A stretch of DNA of 64,000 nt from Trichosphaerium sp. ATCC 40318 (taxonomy: Eukaryota; Protista; Tubulinea), in assembly GCA_038496445.1 (NCBI GenBank), contig JALMLS010000370.1, positions 197,361-261,360 of the forward strand. The letters run 5' to 3'. This document shows positions 36,943-51,600 of the stretch, in pieces. Below the pieces are notes generated by a model. The model saw nothing but the letters and a program-made list of their open reading frames with translations. It was not told the DNA's origin and searched no databases. Position 1 is the first letter of the stretch. Each line of letters starts with the position of its first letter. The position numbers and the translations under genes were made by a program.

Positions 36943-39900
36943 ATGAGCACTAAACTGACGCGTACGCTTTTTCTTTTGTAGTAAAAATACATAATTGTGT
37001 ATTTACGGCACCCATAGGAGCGCAATTGGACTTCTCTCATTATGGATACGAAAAAGAGGGTTCGTTGAGTTATTTTACGATAAGGTTTGAGCTAACGTTG
37101 CATAAACAGACTTACATTTGAACGCTGCAGTTATACAAGCAACATGGAGGTATTCGATGAGATTAATGGATAATGCTTACTTATTTTCGTAGAGGGTATA
37201 CACAAAGGAGAAGATACCGCGCTATGCTTGCGGGACACTATTGTACAGCTAATTTTAAACAAACATTCTCTAAAAGAGCCCCTAGCGATAAAACCTGGAT
37301 TACCAGCGCCACCTCTATTTGTACAGCAAGCTAATGCCAACGCTAAAGCAAAAACAGCAGAACCAAAACAGGAAAAAAAAAGTACGTTTAAACTCCTAAA
37401 AAGAACTGTAAATCTAAGCCGTTACGTCTAGAAAAGCGCTCTAAAGAGTCACTACCTGGTACAGCAATGTCTCCGCGAGCAGGACTAGCAATGTCCATGA
37501 GGCCTCCTAAAAAGCTTAAAGCGCCCAAGAAAACCAAGGCAACAGAGTCTCGAACCGTTAGGGTACATTTAAGTCTTTTTACCCCAAAACGCAAGAAACA
37601 TTGTAAAAACGATTCTACTCGTGCTACAGCGCTCAAAACATAGTTATCCTATATCCGTTTTAAACGTTTTTAAATCCAGAAAACCTAACTTTCTTTTTCC
37701 CACTTAGCTTCGCGCCAAGAGCTCCCTTACGGACGAAGATAGCTCAAGAAGTTCTAGAGACAGTATGAGCTCGAAAAAAAGAACAAAGAGTAAAAGACAC
37801 AAAGCCAGGCGTACTCAGAGTAGACGTTCTACTCTTACAATTGAGGATCATCCTAAAGGTATAATGCCGGCTGCAGGAGAAGATGAGTCATTCGATAGTA
37901 CAAAAAAAAAAGGACGAAAAAAGGCGCGCAGAGAAATGTCTAAAAGTACACGTGCTGGAAGTTTTAAGAAGTCTGCTTCTATGCCTAGTGTAGCCAATAA
38001 GACTGTTAAGCCAATGAGGAAGGCAAGAGCATCTATTGCAAATGACAATTTATTTGAAGAAGGTACCTTTAGTTTGTAAACAACCTTCTTTGATTTTGTT
38101 TATTTTTTATGTCAGTGGTACTGACAGCTCTTTTGTAGCGATGGCAAGCCCGAAGCGTCCTCGTAGAGAACGTGCCAAGCAACGTAAACGTCGTGGTAAT
38201 CGTACTAGCTCTTTAGCAGACCCACGTATATCTCCTCAATTGAGAGCAGAACCTGTACCTAGCTCGTTACGTGTTGCAAAAGGGAAAAAAACCAAACTCA
38301 ATTTTGAACCTCTTACTATGGAGGACCTTGAAGATTTTGGTGTATCAAAGTCTATGAGTATTGGAAGTAGTACAGATATAACCGGTTCTAAAAGCGCTAG
38401 AAGACCACAAACAATGGAGATTACAACAAATACAGCAGCTAGTGCTGGCTTAATGTCAGCAAGAGTAGGTTCGTCAGGAAAAATTGAAGGTGGTTCAAAG
38501 TCAAAGAAGAACAAGAAGCACAAAAAGAAGAAAGGCAGTAATGATGTTAATACTGGCTTTGACGCATCAATAAGTGAGACTGAGAGTCTAAAAAAGGTGA
38601 AAGGAAAGAAGGAAAAGAAGAATAAGAAGGGAGATAAAGCAGCAAAGCATTCTATGAATGCTGAAATGAAACGTGATTTTAAACTCAAAGCGGAGAGTAA
38701 AGAAAAAATAAAGTCTAAAGACAAGAACGAGAAGTCAAAACAAGAAAAGAAGGATAAGAAAGAAAAGCAGAAATCAATAAGACTCAAAAAAGTGAGCATA
38801 CAAACTGAAGAGCACGATAAAGAAAAAGCAGAGGTACGGGAAAAATGTCTTTTCTAAACCAGAAAATATCAAATCTAGCTCGCTTAAACTCACTTGACTT
38901 AGGCGCAAGCTGCAGTGCTTAAAGGGTTTCATATTGACCCGAAGGAGCTAGAGGAAGCTCAACGCATTATAAGCCCTCCTATATCGCCTCGTCTTCCTCC
39001 ACCTATGGCTGCAACACCAGAAGGTTCTGTTAAGTCAGTACACTCAAATGTTTCAGCAGCACTACCAATGCCTGCACTAGAGGTCTTACCTCATCCTTTA
39101 CCTGCTGGATCTACGCCTGTAAAGACAGCACCTCCTCCTATACATTTGGGTGTATCCAAATCGACAAGCTCAACTATTATAAGCCCACGTGCTCAAGTAC
39201 CTAAGCCTCTACCAACAGTACGTTGTGTACACTTATGTTTTTTTTTTCCGTGTCATCAACTAAATTTTGACAGGCTGTGGCTCATGTGCCTACGAAGGTC
39301 ATCCAAGCGCCTTCTGTTATAAAAAAGCCACCTGTTATCCAACCAGTAGCCACTTTCAAACCACCTGTTGTCCAGCCGGTATCTGCAATCCAAAAAGCAC
39401 CGCCTGTTGTAAATACCACTCAGCAAGGAAAACTTAACACAGAGATTTCTCGGTTGTTAACAGAACTTAATATGGCTGTCTATATTGATAGTTTTTATGA
39501 CCTTGGTGTTGAGGAGCTAGAAGATATAGAGTTGGTTGAGGACGATCATTGGGAAGATATAAAGATAAAGCCAATCCACAAGAAAAAGCTACTCATGAAG
39601 ATTAGTCAGCGAACACAAAGTGAGTTCTTTCTTTCTTTTTTCTAATTTTATTAACCACCCTTGTAGGTGGCCAACCGCCTTCCTTTCATCTACCACCTAC
39701 AAAGGCTGATATGGCTAATTTTATGCCACCACCATCTCCTTTACACCTAGCTAAAAAGAGACAAATGGATTCATTCATAGATGATTCACCTTCTCACCCA
39801 TTACCTTCAGAAATTGCAAAGAAAGAACGTATGGCATCAAAAAGTGCACCTCCAAAGATGTATAAGCCATTCACTTCTGCTTCAAAGGCTGGTTTGAAAA

Positions 39901-40046
39901 AACGAGGTCCTTTAAAGATGGGTAAACGTGGCAAATATGCAAAACGTGGTGGAAAAAAATGGGGTGCTAATCTTAAAGGTGGACAGAGGAGAATGCTAGG
40001 TGGCAAAAACTTAAAGTTTCCTTTGCCAAAAGTGAACAAATCATGA
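36943..40046 (+). CDS. IQ-motif and SAM-domain protein with Lys-rich and Pro-rich regions
   Basis: Spliced IQ motif AAVIQATWRGYTQRRRY. SAM domain ISRLLTELNMAVYIDSFYDLGVEELEDIELVEDDHWEDIKIKPIHKKKLLMKI. Confidence 0.8.
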
Positions 40047-40342
40047 TGCAAAAAAATTCAATGTCAAAATTTTCTAACCAGCGAACCGAAAAAAAAACCA
40101 AAATAATCAAACAAAAAATGTACATATATATGGTCTCCCATTGTAGAGCTGTACAATAGCAAAATAACAACGTTCTTGGGTGCTTCATAAGTCTGTTTTT
40201 TCAATTTTTTTAACTTTTTGAGAAATCGGTTATTTAGCCACAGAACTATGCCATCGGTTTGTTTCAGGACAATTCAAGTGATGATAGTGACTTAATGTTG
40301 TACGTAGTTCAGTTGACGCAAAATATTTCAAAAAAAATTAAA

Positions 40343-42344
40343 ATGAAGAGAAAGGCGTCACAACCGAGTTCTACGAAACGTGGAACTTCTGCGAAGCGTC
40401 TTAAAAAGTCTGACAAGCCCTCAAAGTCTAAACAAAGTAAAAGGTTCGTTAAATCGTTATAAATACGCGTAAACGACATAAAAATGGCCCAGATTTTGCA
40501 ACGGCTAGTTAATTTGCTTAATATCGCCTAAAGTTCCGTAGCGAGCCGGAAGACGCCACACCAGACTTATTTAGCTTATATGAGCGCTATTTAATAGCCA
40601 GTGAAGAATTTGACGTGCCACAGTTAGTAACACATTACCCGCACCGTATTCGTTGTAAAAATAAGAAGGTACGTGGCCTTAGTATTGCTCTCACAGCGCC
40701 AACACCGTTTATGATAAAAATAAAAAACTTGTGATTGTTTAATACTTCCGCACGTTCTGACGTCTTTAGGTTATTTACGATCTAGCTTGTGGAGGTGGTG
40801 ATCTAGAAGGAAAGTTAAATTTCACGCGGTGGTACGAGCAAAGTTAACAACAAGTTTTTTCAACTTAACTTAACTTTTCTTGGAACTTGCTGTGTCTTTA
40901 CTGTTTACTAACTTTTATGAAAAAAGGAAAATATTCCCTAGTGAAGAGCTGAACTTCCCTCCATCATGGGATTGTCCAACTTACAAACAACAAGCTGGTA
41001 TTTACAAGTATGTTATTATAAATTGAAACTTCTCGTCTTGCTTTTTTTTTATGTTCAAGTACTTTTGTACTTACTCTCGTTCACTAGGTATGCTAAAGGC
41101 ACTGCAAAACAAGTAAGCTCATTGCCAAGGGTTTAAAAACGCGGTTTCATTTCTAATGCTTCTGACAAGGTACACTGGCACGTGAATTTTGCAGATGAGG
41201 ATTTATTTTATGGTACTGAAATTTTAAGTTCTTTAGCAAAAAATGTTAACAACCCTAGCGTATGGGAGTCCTTTGTTTGCTCAAGATGAAATTCAAAGCG
41301 CAGAGCATCCAGTTTTGGGTCATCTACGCGAAGCATTAGGCAACCGTATGTCACATTAGCTCAGATGAGGTGGTTAACCAAATGCTAGTTTGTAAGAGAA
41401 ACAAAGGCCTCAGCCCACTGGCACGACACAAAGGAGAACCAACACCTATACTCGTTAGAGGGGTAGAGCGAAGATGCGCTATCAACGCAGGTACTTACTT
41501 TACACGAAAGAAGCCACTATTTGCTAACTTTAACCAAAAGGGAAACGTATTTATGGAAGTGCTTTTCAATTTGCTTCGAAGAAAGTATGCATCGACTTTT
41601 TTTCACACGTGACGTGCCTTTCTTTCATTAAATTTATGTTTAGCTGATAGTAAAAAGTGTTAAAGTACTTGACACTCCTGTTGTGAGCAACTTGATTGCA
41701 ATTGCAGCAATTGGTTATCGTGCAGGAAAATACACAAGGTTACAACTCAGAGATCACTTCACGAATGCCTATTCTGGTATGTGAACAAACACTTTTACTA
41801 TACGGTTAATATTAATGCATTATATAGGGTTTTATGCTGCTCGTCTTGAATCAATGAGACAGTTCAAAGAAGAAGGACGTGATACACAACCTGAAGTAAT
41901 TGTTCATACTGTACGCATGTTTTTCTTGTTATTTTCCGGTTTTGTTCATTGGTCAATTAGGGTAATTGGGGATCTGGAGCGTTTGGTAATAATAGGACAG
42001 TAATGGCACTTGTGCAAATCGGTGCAGCATGGTACAGTCTACGACAAATTTTAAACGTTCGGATTTCAAGTTTGAAATATTTATGTTTTTATTTCAAAGG
42101 TTGGCCGGTATTGATGTACTGTTTTATCATACATTTGACAAAGCTGGCACACAAGATTATCAAGAAGCTAAAGAGACTTTTGATGAAGTCATTTTACCTC
42201 AACTGATGGAGGGTATGCTATCATGTTAACACTTATTATTGAAAATATCTGATTTTATTAAATACAGGTGTGTCAACTGTATCTGATTTCTTAGATATGG
42301 TAAAAGACCTCAAATATAGATGGGGTCTCAGTGATGGAAACTAA
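40343..42344 (+). CDS. Poly(ADP-ribose) glycohydrolase (PARG)-like macrodomain protein
   Basis: WHVNFADE, LFAQDEIQSAEHP (equivalent of QEEI), ILVRGVER, IAIAA, IVHTGNWGSGAFGNN, MALVQIGAA. Confidence 0.82.
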
Positions 42345-42621
42345 ACTGTTGCATTACACGGTGTTTGTACAAAACTTAGTGTCAAAAAAATAAATAATTT
42401 ATGTGCACTAGTCACTACGCTTGTGGGAAGTTCAACACTAGCTAATGGCTATGAAGGTCTTACTTGCCCACTAACAATACTATTGTCCTCTCAGAACTAG
42501 CACAGCCACTTGGTAGTCAATGTTTAATAACAACTTGACTGCTTTTTTTTTACAAGAATAGTTTATTACAGTTTTTATATTTTGTACACTTCTTTGTTGT
42601 GTTTGAAAGAAGGTTTTTTTT

Positions 42622-45600
42622 TTACACAAAGGCATTCCATGTTGGATCCATAGATGCTAAATTATCAGGACTTGTTGCAGCTTCGATTAGGTCTGATATC
42701 TTTTGATTTATAGGACGTTCAGAAGCCAAGGTATCACGCTTAATTGTGATGATTTGGTGTGGAACCATGTTCTCAATGCCATCAACAATTGTTCGCATAT
42801 TTTTCTCAACAAGGTTGTCCAAGTTAGCTTCAATATCAGTTCTATCAGATACACGTGACCATTGGATCAAGTCATCTCTGAAATGGAGACGAAGCAAGTC
42901 TCTGAGTAGGTGCTAGAGTGAAAATGTGAGTACGACGAGTTTTTTTGGTAGAAATTTGAATGAGTGTGATTACGTACCTTTATTTTAGGCTCGACGAGAG
43001 TACGCGCCATAGTTGTCATAACAGCGTTAAAGCGCCCTTTCATGCATATTGGGTTAATGAATCGTGTTAAACTCTGAGACAAGCGGAATGGTACAGCTTC
43101 CTTGTTGCTTAAGAGACCCTCGTCATTATAATCTAAACGTGTAGAGTTAGCAACGTAAGATACACTCTAACTGCAGCGTACTTGAACGGAAGAGGTTGTA
43201 GAATACTTGACCAGATGTGCAAGAGAAGAACAACTTATGTGCTGAGATATCAGGAACGCTCAGAAGGTGAGTCTAGAAAGAAACAGACATTAGTGAAAAA
43301 GACAATTATTTTTGTTGTAATAGAAAAACGTACCATGAGAGAACCAATACCTATCTGATTGACAAAGTGCTGCTTAAAGATCCAGCGGGACTCATAGTTC
43401 TTATTCAACTTATTAGAGATGTATTGCTCCAATATCTTGCTGTCAAGGTGGTTTTCAGAGATATCCTTGTACAAAGACAAACGTGTTTCAGGTGTAAGTG
43501 CTGCAACAAAAAAAACATTAGTAAAGGTTGTAGTGTCAAAAAAAATTAACCAAACGTACGTTTACTACCAGTGTTATCCATGTAATGTTGTAATAAGAAG
43601 TCAAAGTCTTTGCCGTTACGATTACAATGCTTACGGAAGACATCATCCAAAGAGAGGAAGTCTCGTTGTGTCTACAAAGGACGAGGTGTTAATGAGTGAC
43701 CAAAGCGCAGAGATTGTGTTTGAACAACGTACGGATATAAGGCGAACATGATCATTGAGCATAACAAACCTTGGAACACGAATATACATAGCACGACGTC
43801 GTGCATGGACGCCCTTTTTAAGAATACGATTTACAACAGAAGATAACTGAGCAACACGACCTTCAGCGCCCCAATCTGCATTTATACCATAAAGTGAATC
43901 AGGGTCAACATGTTCTTTTGTTCGTCTTGTTTTTGCACCAACTATTCATTTAAATATTAGTTAACTGGAAGGTCCTTCAGGTGAAACACAAAGAGTTTTA
44001 TCGTACCACCTTGACCTGGCTTGAACATCTTTGCAGTAGGGAAACGACGAGAGTTGTGTACCAAGAACCAGTACATACGAGCATCAGAACCCCTGTAAGA
44101 GTGGTATAAGAATATAGAATAGTTGAGATCCTTTGGAGGGTCAGGAAGGCTTAGAATACGTACCTGATCTTTATCATGCGTTGTGGTAACGTTTGAGATC
44201 GTCTGACCTTCATAGGTGACTCGAATTTCTCAATTCTAACGCGTCTATCTGGGTTTGGCATGTGATCATTGCCCTCAAAATACTGACCAAAGATATCAAC
44301 ACCATTATGGTTCTGGAACTGTGCCAGAGGATCAGAATGCTTCTCAAGAGTTAGGTAAGGACCAATGTCATCAACACGCTTCTAAAAAGGAGAGGTGAGT
44401 CACCGCAGAGCAAACTTGTGATTAGGTTTAAAGAGGACATACAGTAAGACGTTCAATCCAGACTTTAATTGTATCTATGCAAGTGCGAAGATCAAGGTCA
44501 TCTCTTTGAAAATCACGCTCAAAGTCGTCCTTGTAGGTTTGTATAAAGGTATCATTCTTATCAACATTATGAGCAAAATTGAGATCAAATACTTGTTGTA
44601 AGCAAGCAGTGAGGTCAACTTGCTTAACATTTGGAAGCTGTGCAAGATTCAAAGACTACAAAACAAATGTTAAAGGATGACTGACTATAAAGAGCAAATG
44701 TACCTTGTGACAGTCAAGGAGTAAGTTCTGAAGGATGACAGACAGATCCTCCTCAGGAGTTGCAATGATTCCGTTCGCTAGTTCTCTAGCAATGAGTTCC
44801 ATATCTCTTATCAAGCAAACATGTTGTTTTGTATTGTTCATTTCGTTCTGGATCTCATGTGCTGCATCAAGAGCTGCAATTGGGTCACAACGAAGAGGTG
44901 AGTCTGGGCTGTGTGGAGATTGGGATAAACGCTTATGAAGCTTTTGTCTCTCACAAATAAAAGTCTTCAATGGGTAAAACAAGGACTACAAATAGTTTGT
45001 TAGGGAAATCAGCAAAAAATACTTTTTTTGTTAAGTCATTTACCTGAGGCGCATATTTCGCGACCGAACAGAGGATAGATTGGATCTGTTTTGCTTCGGA
45101 TCTCTCCAAGCTTGATAACAAGTTAGGAATCCATGGGAACCACACATAAGCTGGGAAATGAGCTGTTTGTTGTTCCATAAAATGAGCAAGTTTGTGTGTT
45201 TCAGGAGAATCAATATCCATATCATCATTGTTGTTGTTTTCAGCCTCATCCTTACCCTTTGCTTTGGCGCCTTGTAATAATGTTAGCTTTGTTATGGACT
45301 ACTATATATTATACTCACCACGTGCTGTACGTTGGCGTTTGGCAGGAGGTTTCTTGGGTGCAGAGCCAGCCTAGAAAAAGCAAGGTTAGGAAATCTTCTA
45401 AGAAACAAAGCAAGCTGCGTACTCTCTTTTTCTCTCCTTTGATTGGAGAGTTTGATCGTTTATCAAGAGGCAACGCATCATAGTGATCATCGTATCCAAC
45501 AAGCCAAAGCACACGTGGAATTAACGACGTAGAGCTCAGTTTTGAAGGAGCACATTTGATGCCTTGCAAGTAGCAGTTCAATGCAAACTGTGCCCATGTC

Positions 45601-48600
45601 ATCTTTACTGAAGGATCAGTCTGATTAGTAAACTGCCTATCACAGTATCGGCCCCATGACGTCCATCCCTTAGCGTTGGTCTGCTGCAAGGATATAGCAG
45701 TGGCGTATGAGGTGTTAGCCTCTTCATAGTAACCCATATGTTCAAGGACTTGACCACGTAAATGAAAGAAATTGGACTGGCTCTTCTTATCAAACGGCTT
45801 GATGTTTGTCGAGTTGATGATGTCAAGACCTGTGCGGTAATGCATAGGCATACGCAAGTAGCACTTGATTTGCTGCTTTTGTTTACCATAGGCATCAGAT
45901 ACATGGATAGCAGGCAGTTTGAAGCTATGAGGTAGGGAGTTAAGACAGACCTCTATTAGACCTTGACGTCTGGCAACTTGAGCGAACTTGTTATTCGCCC
46001 AAGCAGATTCGTGGTATCCAATAGCAGGGTTTATAGCAGCACTTGCAGACGTTGGTTGATGTGCTGGCTTGTTTTTATAGGCTCTGTTGATGAGTTTAAA
46101 AACATGTTGTCTCCAATAAACTAAACGAAAAAGAGGCTGGTAAGCAAGACATAAAAATGAATTAATACAAAAAAAAGACGCACTCAAATCAGTCCAAACG
46201 TTGATGTCATCCCAAGGATTAGGAAGACGTTCTCTCCACGTACTAAAAGAAAAGAAATAATCAGGTAAAGTTAGGTGAAAGAAAATACAAGAAAAAAGGA
46301 AGAAACAGTAGGAAGGAAAACTCAAAAGCCGAATGAAGGTCCTAAGTACTTACGCAATTATTGTTGTTACGTCAGGAACCTTAGCCATTGTCTGACCAGT
46401 TGTGATTTCTTTTACAATCTTTGCAGATTCGTACAACTCAATGATTTGTTGGTAAGCCTAAGTATTAAAGTAAGGGTCTAAGTTCAATTCCAATATCTTT
46501 TTTTCCTCCGCTCAAAAATAGGTTTTAAAAAGAACTAACCTGCAAGAGTGGGCCATGCGCTACAGAAGGAATCCTTGGTTTGATGTTCCAATTTGCAACC
46601 AGAATATTCATAGCTTGTTTACAGTACGAATCGACTTCACTAATCTTCATGTTTTGAAGTGCAAGGAACGATTGGTAGATCTTAATCTTAGGCACGTCCA
46701 TAGGCATAGCGTAATTAGCAAATGTATCTTGTAAGCCCTCCTAAAACAACATTCGTTAGAAAGAGTACATTACTCTCAAATCATTGCATATGGCACGTAC
46801 CCAATCGCCTAGTTTCCAAGCACATTCAGCGTAGAGTTGTGGAAGTTTGTTTACTTTGGAGTAATCAGCAAGAAGCTCCCACTGGTTCAACCTCTTGGCA
46901 GCTTCTACCCAGTGTACCTCCCACATTTCTTTTTCTCTTGCAGGGACATTAGGCAAAGCACCTAAAAAGAACATATCAGTAAATGAACTACGTATTCTTC
47001 CAAAAAATATTACCTTCTTCCTCGTTTGTAATAGCTTCGCTGAAGACCTCTTGAGCGCGCTGCCAAAGACCTTGTTGTTCAAGAACTAAGCCGCACTGGG
47101 ACTCTTTGATCCTACAACGTTCGAGAAGAACACCGTAATACAAATCTGAGGCACACAAAGTCTTGTAAAGGTGTAGTAACGCTTGAGAAATCATGATATT
47201 CTCTGGTTCCTTAACAAACCTGTCTTCAAGTGCTTTAATGCATACATGCCAACAATTGTAATGATGAGCAATGTAACGCAATACAGGAGGATCAATAGAA
47301 GGCACAGGATCTTTACATTGCATAAATCCACCGACAAGAGCCTTTTGGAGAAGGTATTAGAGCAATCAAAGGGAACAAGGTGAAACGACAAAAAAAAGTT
47401 GTTTCGAATTGACGTCCAAGCGATGCTCGGTTACGTCCGTGTCAACAGCGTTCAAAAAGTTAGGGAAAGTAAAAACGTACTTGTATGACGTTAGGGTAGA
47501 GTCTACTTTGTTTTTTGTGATATTGCTTAGATAACAATGCAACAGCACTTTTGTTAATGCTCTCTTTTGTTTCAGCATCAAATAAACGCCAAGATCTTGC
47601 AAATATTTTACCCCATAGATCAGTAGCCAACATAGGGACATAGGTAAGAAGCTCACAAAGCGGTTTGAGAAGGTCATTCGCTGTTGTGTTCGCAACCATG
47701 TCCAAGAAGTACTTATGTTCGTCCATCAGCTTCTTTGCTTCGGCAGGCAACTTTGAATTCTTTCCAGTGCCTTGACCCTCACTGAGAGCTACGACTTTGG
47801 AAGAAACCTAGTAAAAAAGTGTGAGCTCAAGCCTAGAACAAAGTGATTGTACAGAAGACATCTTCAAAGGTTGCTTTGAGTCAACAAGGCCCAAAACAAG
47901 CTCAATTGCTTGTTGTATCCAGAATATATGAGACAGTGGCTCCCAAGTGTTAGGGTTAATAATTTTATGCATCCTAGCAGTTAAGGTTCGAGGTATCCTA
48001 AAAAGGTAACCAATAAGTAAACATTGTTTACACTCTTTTAAAAGGCGCGTGCGTACATTTCATTTAGAATACCAAAGAACCTCTTACGCATAGCAGTATC
48101 CTTATTAGCACTACAGCAACCCATAAGGAATGCTGATTTAAGCTCTTTCATCACAGGTGCTTCCCAGTTTTTGTTTTTGCTCACAAAGTGATAAGCAAGC
48201 TCCAAGAATTGACTTTGAAGCGGTGCACTACGAACCTATAAAAAAAAAATTTGTTAACATGGTTGAAAATGTTATAAGTTCTTTAGCGTACTTGTTCGAA
48301 ACGTCTCATCCTTGTTATGACAAGAAGTTTAAGTTTAGGTTCAACTACCTCATCACTGCTTGCTGTCACCCACTTCTTCAGTATAGCAGATAATTTGATT
48401 AACAACTGCTCGTCATTGGAGCTCTTGATGAGGTCCGTCAAGACAGTGAATAGAACAAGTTTATCTGGTATACTTATATCACTGAGCTGACCATTCAATA
48501 GTCTTACAGTAGCCATCAAGCAAGTTGTATCACGTTGAGGTTTAGCTGTTCCATTTCTCATTGAACGTAGAACCATTTCTTTCTCTTCAGGTTTAACAGG

Positions 48601-51600
48601 AGCCAAGTTGATAATAACCAATCGCTATAAGTATAAATATCAAACAAACAATGTCAAATTATCCTTTGAGGTACGTACCTTTACAAGCTTGACAAGAGAA
48701 GGCAAGAATGATTTCAAGTAACCTGGAGAGTTATCTGACATTGCCTTTAATGTATTTATCGTTGAGACAAGAACATTCCCATTGAGACCTTCATTCATCA
48801 TTCTTGTGATCATATCATACAATGGTGTGCAAATACTTGGGCCCATAACAGGGTACACACTAATAATGCTCTTGAGCAATCCACACAACGCTTCATTATC
48901 CTAAAGAAAGACACTGATAAGCAAAAAAGAGAACAAGAAAATCAAGTATTCCGTACAGCAGGCTTATCACTCTTAATAGTAGAAACAAGATCATTACACA
49001 ACAACTTAATATTTGATTTAAGAAAATGTTGTTTTTGATGTTTAACAACAACAGACAGCATGTTCAGTGCAGTTGTGTTAGGTATAGCCGGATCACGAAG
49101 TATTTTTTCAAAATGCTTTGTATTGATGGTCACTTGATTCCATATTTGCAATGCATCCTCTGAAAGCTTCAAGGCGTATTGAGCTATTTTCTAAAAAAAA
49201 AAGGCAAAAGTCAGTAAAAACTGAAAAAGGGTAAGGAAGTGGTATTGTACAAAACGTCGTACGACAGCTGACGATTCTTTGGCGGGTTCAGCACTATTCA
49301 GTGCCATTCGCACAAGGAAATCGACCGCTAGAGTTGCTACATTGGGTGGCGTCTCATAGTCTTGTATTTGGCCGAGACCTGGTTGTGCAGGAACGTTATC
49401 CTTATTTAAAGCACGACGGCGTTTCTCCCAGCCAATTACTACTTCTACGATAGTCACAGATAGCCTTCTATTCTCGGATGGAGATGTCGTAGGTAACAGA
49501 CCGATACGTGGTAATGAATTGACTACAGAAAAAAAGTTAACAAGTTGTGCTGCGCAACTGAAAAAAAAACCAAAAAAAACAAAGTCAAAAAACATCTCAC
49601 CCATTTGATTTATGAACTGGCTTCGCCATGGAAAGAATAGATTAGGATGGCGTGTAAGTAGCTGTAATATATGAATCAACTGAGGCATGGAATGACCTTC
49701 TTCAACCAACACTTTTCTGGTCCATTTAATCCAGTGAGGTTGTTGATTGATAGGTGTTTGTGGGGTAGGTGCAGTTCCAGGTTGTTGTTGAGGCTGTAAC
49801 TAAAGAGAAAATATGAGATTGTAACAATTAACCTTTCAAATACACGTACACGACGTTCAAGAGAGGGTGTAAGTATATCTAGAGCTTCTCTAACCAAAGC
49901 TGTTGCTTCTGGTTGGTAAGCACGAAGTAAAGCAACGTATACTTGTAAGATAATCTTTGGAGGCGTGTCATAAGCCTCAATGAATCGAGCAACGAGTACG
50001 TATGCACTAAAGAAAATGAAAGAGTTACAAAAAGAATACTATAATTAGTTTGATGTTACCTATGCTTGGTTGTAATATCTTCATTCTTTAGATGATTCCA
50101 AGCGAATTTAATCAACTCCTTACGATGTTCTATCAAGTCTGTAGGTTTGTACAATACAAGCAGTGTTGCCAATTGAAGTAATTCAATATTAAGTGCAGCT
50201 TCGTCGTAAATTGGTATAAAAACGTCCTAAAGAAACGTTAGATTAGCCAACATACCCTCGTAATGCCACAACTTTCGAATAAAAAAACGAAATAATACTT
50301 ACCCCTTCGGCTTGACGAGAAAGTATCGTAACAACAATTTGTCTGATCATCTAATCAAACAAAGTCAGCAAAAAAAAAACCCAAACACAAAAGAAAATTA
50401 AGTACATGAGGATCCACAACTTTAGTGTTCTTATTCTGAAAGGTTTTTCTCATCAGAGGAATTATCAACACCTTAAGAGCTTGAACACGATGCGAATCAG
50501 ATGATGTCTCTCTGAAAAACTCCAAAAACTTTAAAATAACATGTCGTTTCTGTTCATCTGAGTATGTCTAAGATTCCAGTCGTATTAGTGGTTTGTAAGG
50601 CATTATACGTGATGCGTACCTCATATATCTCATTACGATAGAAATTACGGACGTTGGAGTAATCTGTTGTAGTACGCATAGTGAATACCATCAAGAGTTG
50701 GAACAGTACAAGAGTATCATCCTTGTGTTGACGGCAGTACTTCAAGAAAATGTTTACCAAAAGCTTTGACTCTCGTAAATGATGTAAAGGAAGCTCTTCC
50801 TCTCTGTCCAAGCGCTTCTGGCGCTATAATACAAAGTTAGAAGAAAAACAGAGACCCAGTATTATTTTTAACATACAAATTCGCTCTTCCATGTTTCAAG
50901 CAGGCAATTACGGACAGCAATGCATCTCGACAAGAAAGTTGGGTCAAACTTGTATAAAACATCAACAATTACTATTCCTTGGAACTGAGCTTCAAGCTGG
51001 TACTACAATTAAAATAAGAATAACACGATGGATGTAAAATGTTTTTGCCAAAAAAGTTCATGAACCGGTTTTTTACCTCTTTGACCTGCGATTTGAATGT
51101 ACATTGAATGAACTGTTCTGCATTATCCATGAGCTCATTACGTAGGTTATCTGCCATGTCAAGATTGAGTATAAACCAGAAAGACTTGCTGAGACGCTGT
51201 TCATGGATATGTTGAAAGAAATGTTGAATAGCTTGTTTTGGATAAGTATTCAGAAACTTTGCAAGAGGTTTTCGGTATGGACTGCTAATATTACGACAAT
51301 TGATTTGCTCAAGTTGTGATGTGATCGTAATTAAAGGTTCCAAGAACTTTGAAGCTGCAGGAGGCAGCAAGTGAAAAGTTTCGATAATAGCAGCCGGAAT
51401 ATCAATAATTTCATCCGTCTCCTAAAAACGCAACTAAGTCAAAAAAAAAAAAAAGGATCACGTGATAAATTGTTTTCCCTTCTAAACACGTACAGTAACA
51501 CGAATTGAAGACATCATATTCGGTGCTGTACGAACTTGAGGATCCATCCATTTCTTGAGATGATCCAAGAACTTATCACCAAGCATAACATTGAAGCATT

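Noticed and set aside
38236-38799. 187-aa Phe/Leu-rich minus-strand ORF that looks like a membrane protein
   Set aside because: It is the antisense shadow of the Lys-rich exon of the IQ/SAM gene.
42622-44340. Missing kinase catalytic residues in the PIKK domain
   Set aside because: This is normal, since TRRAP/Tra1 is an established pseudokinase.
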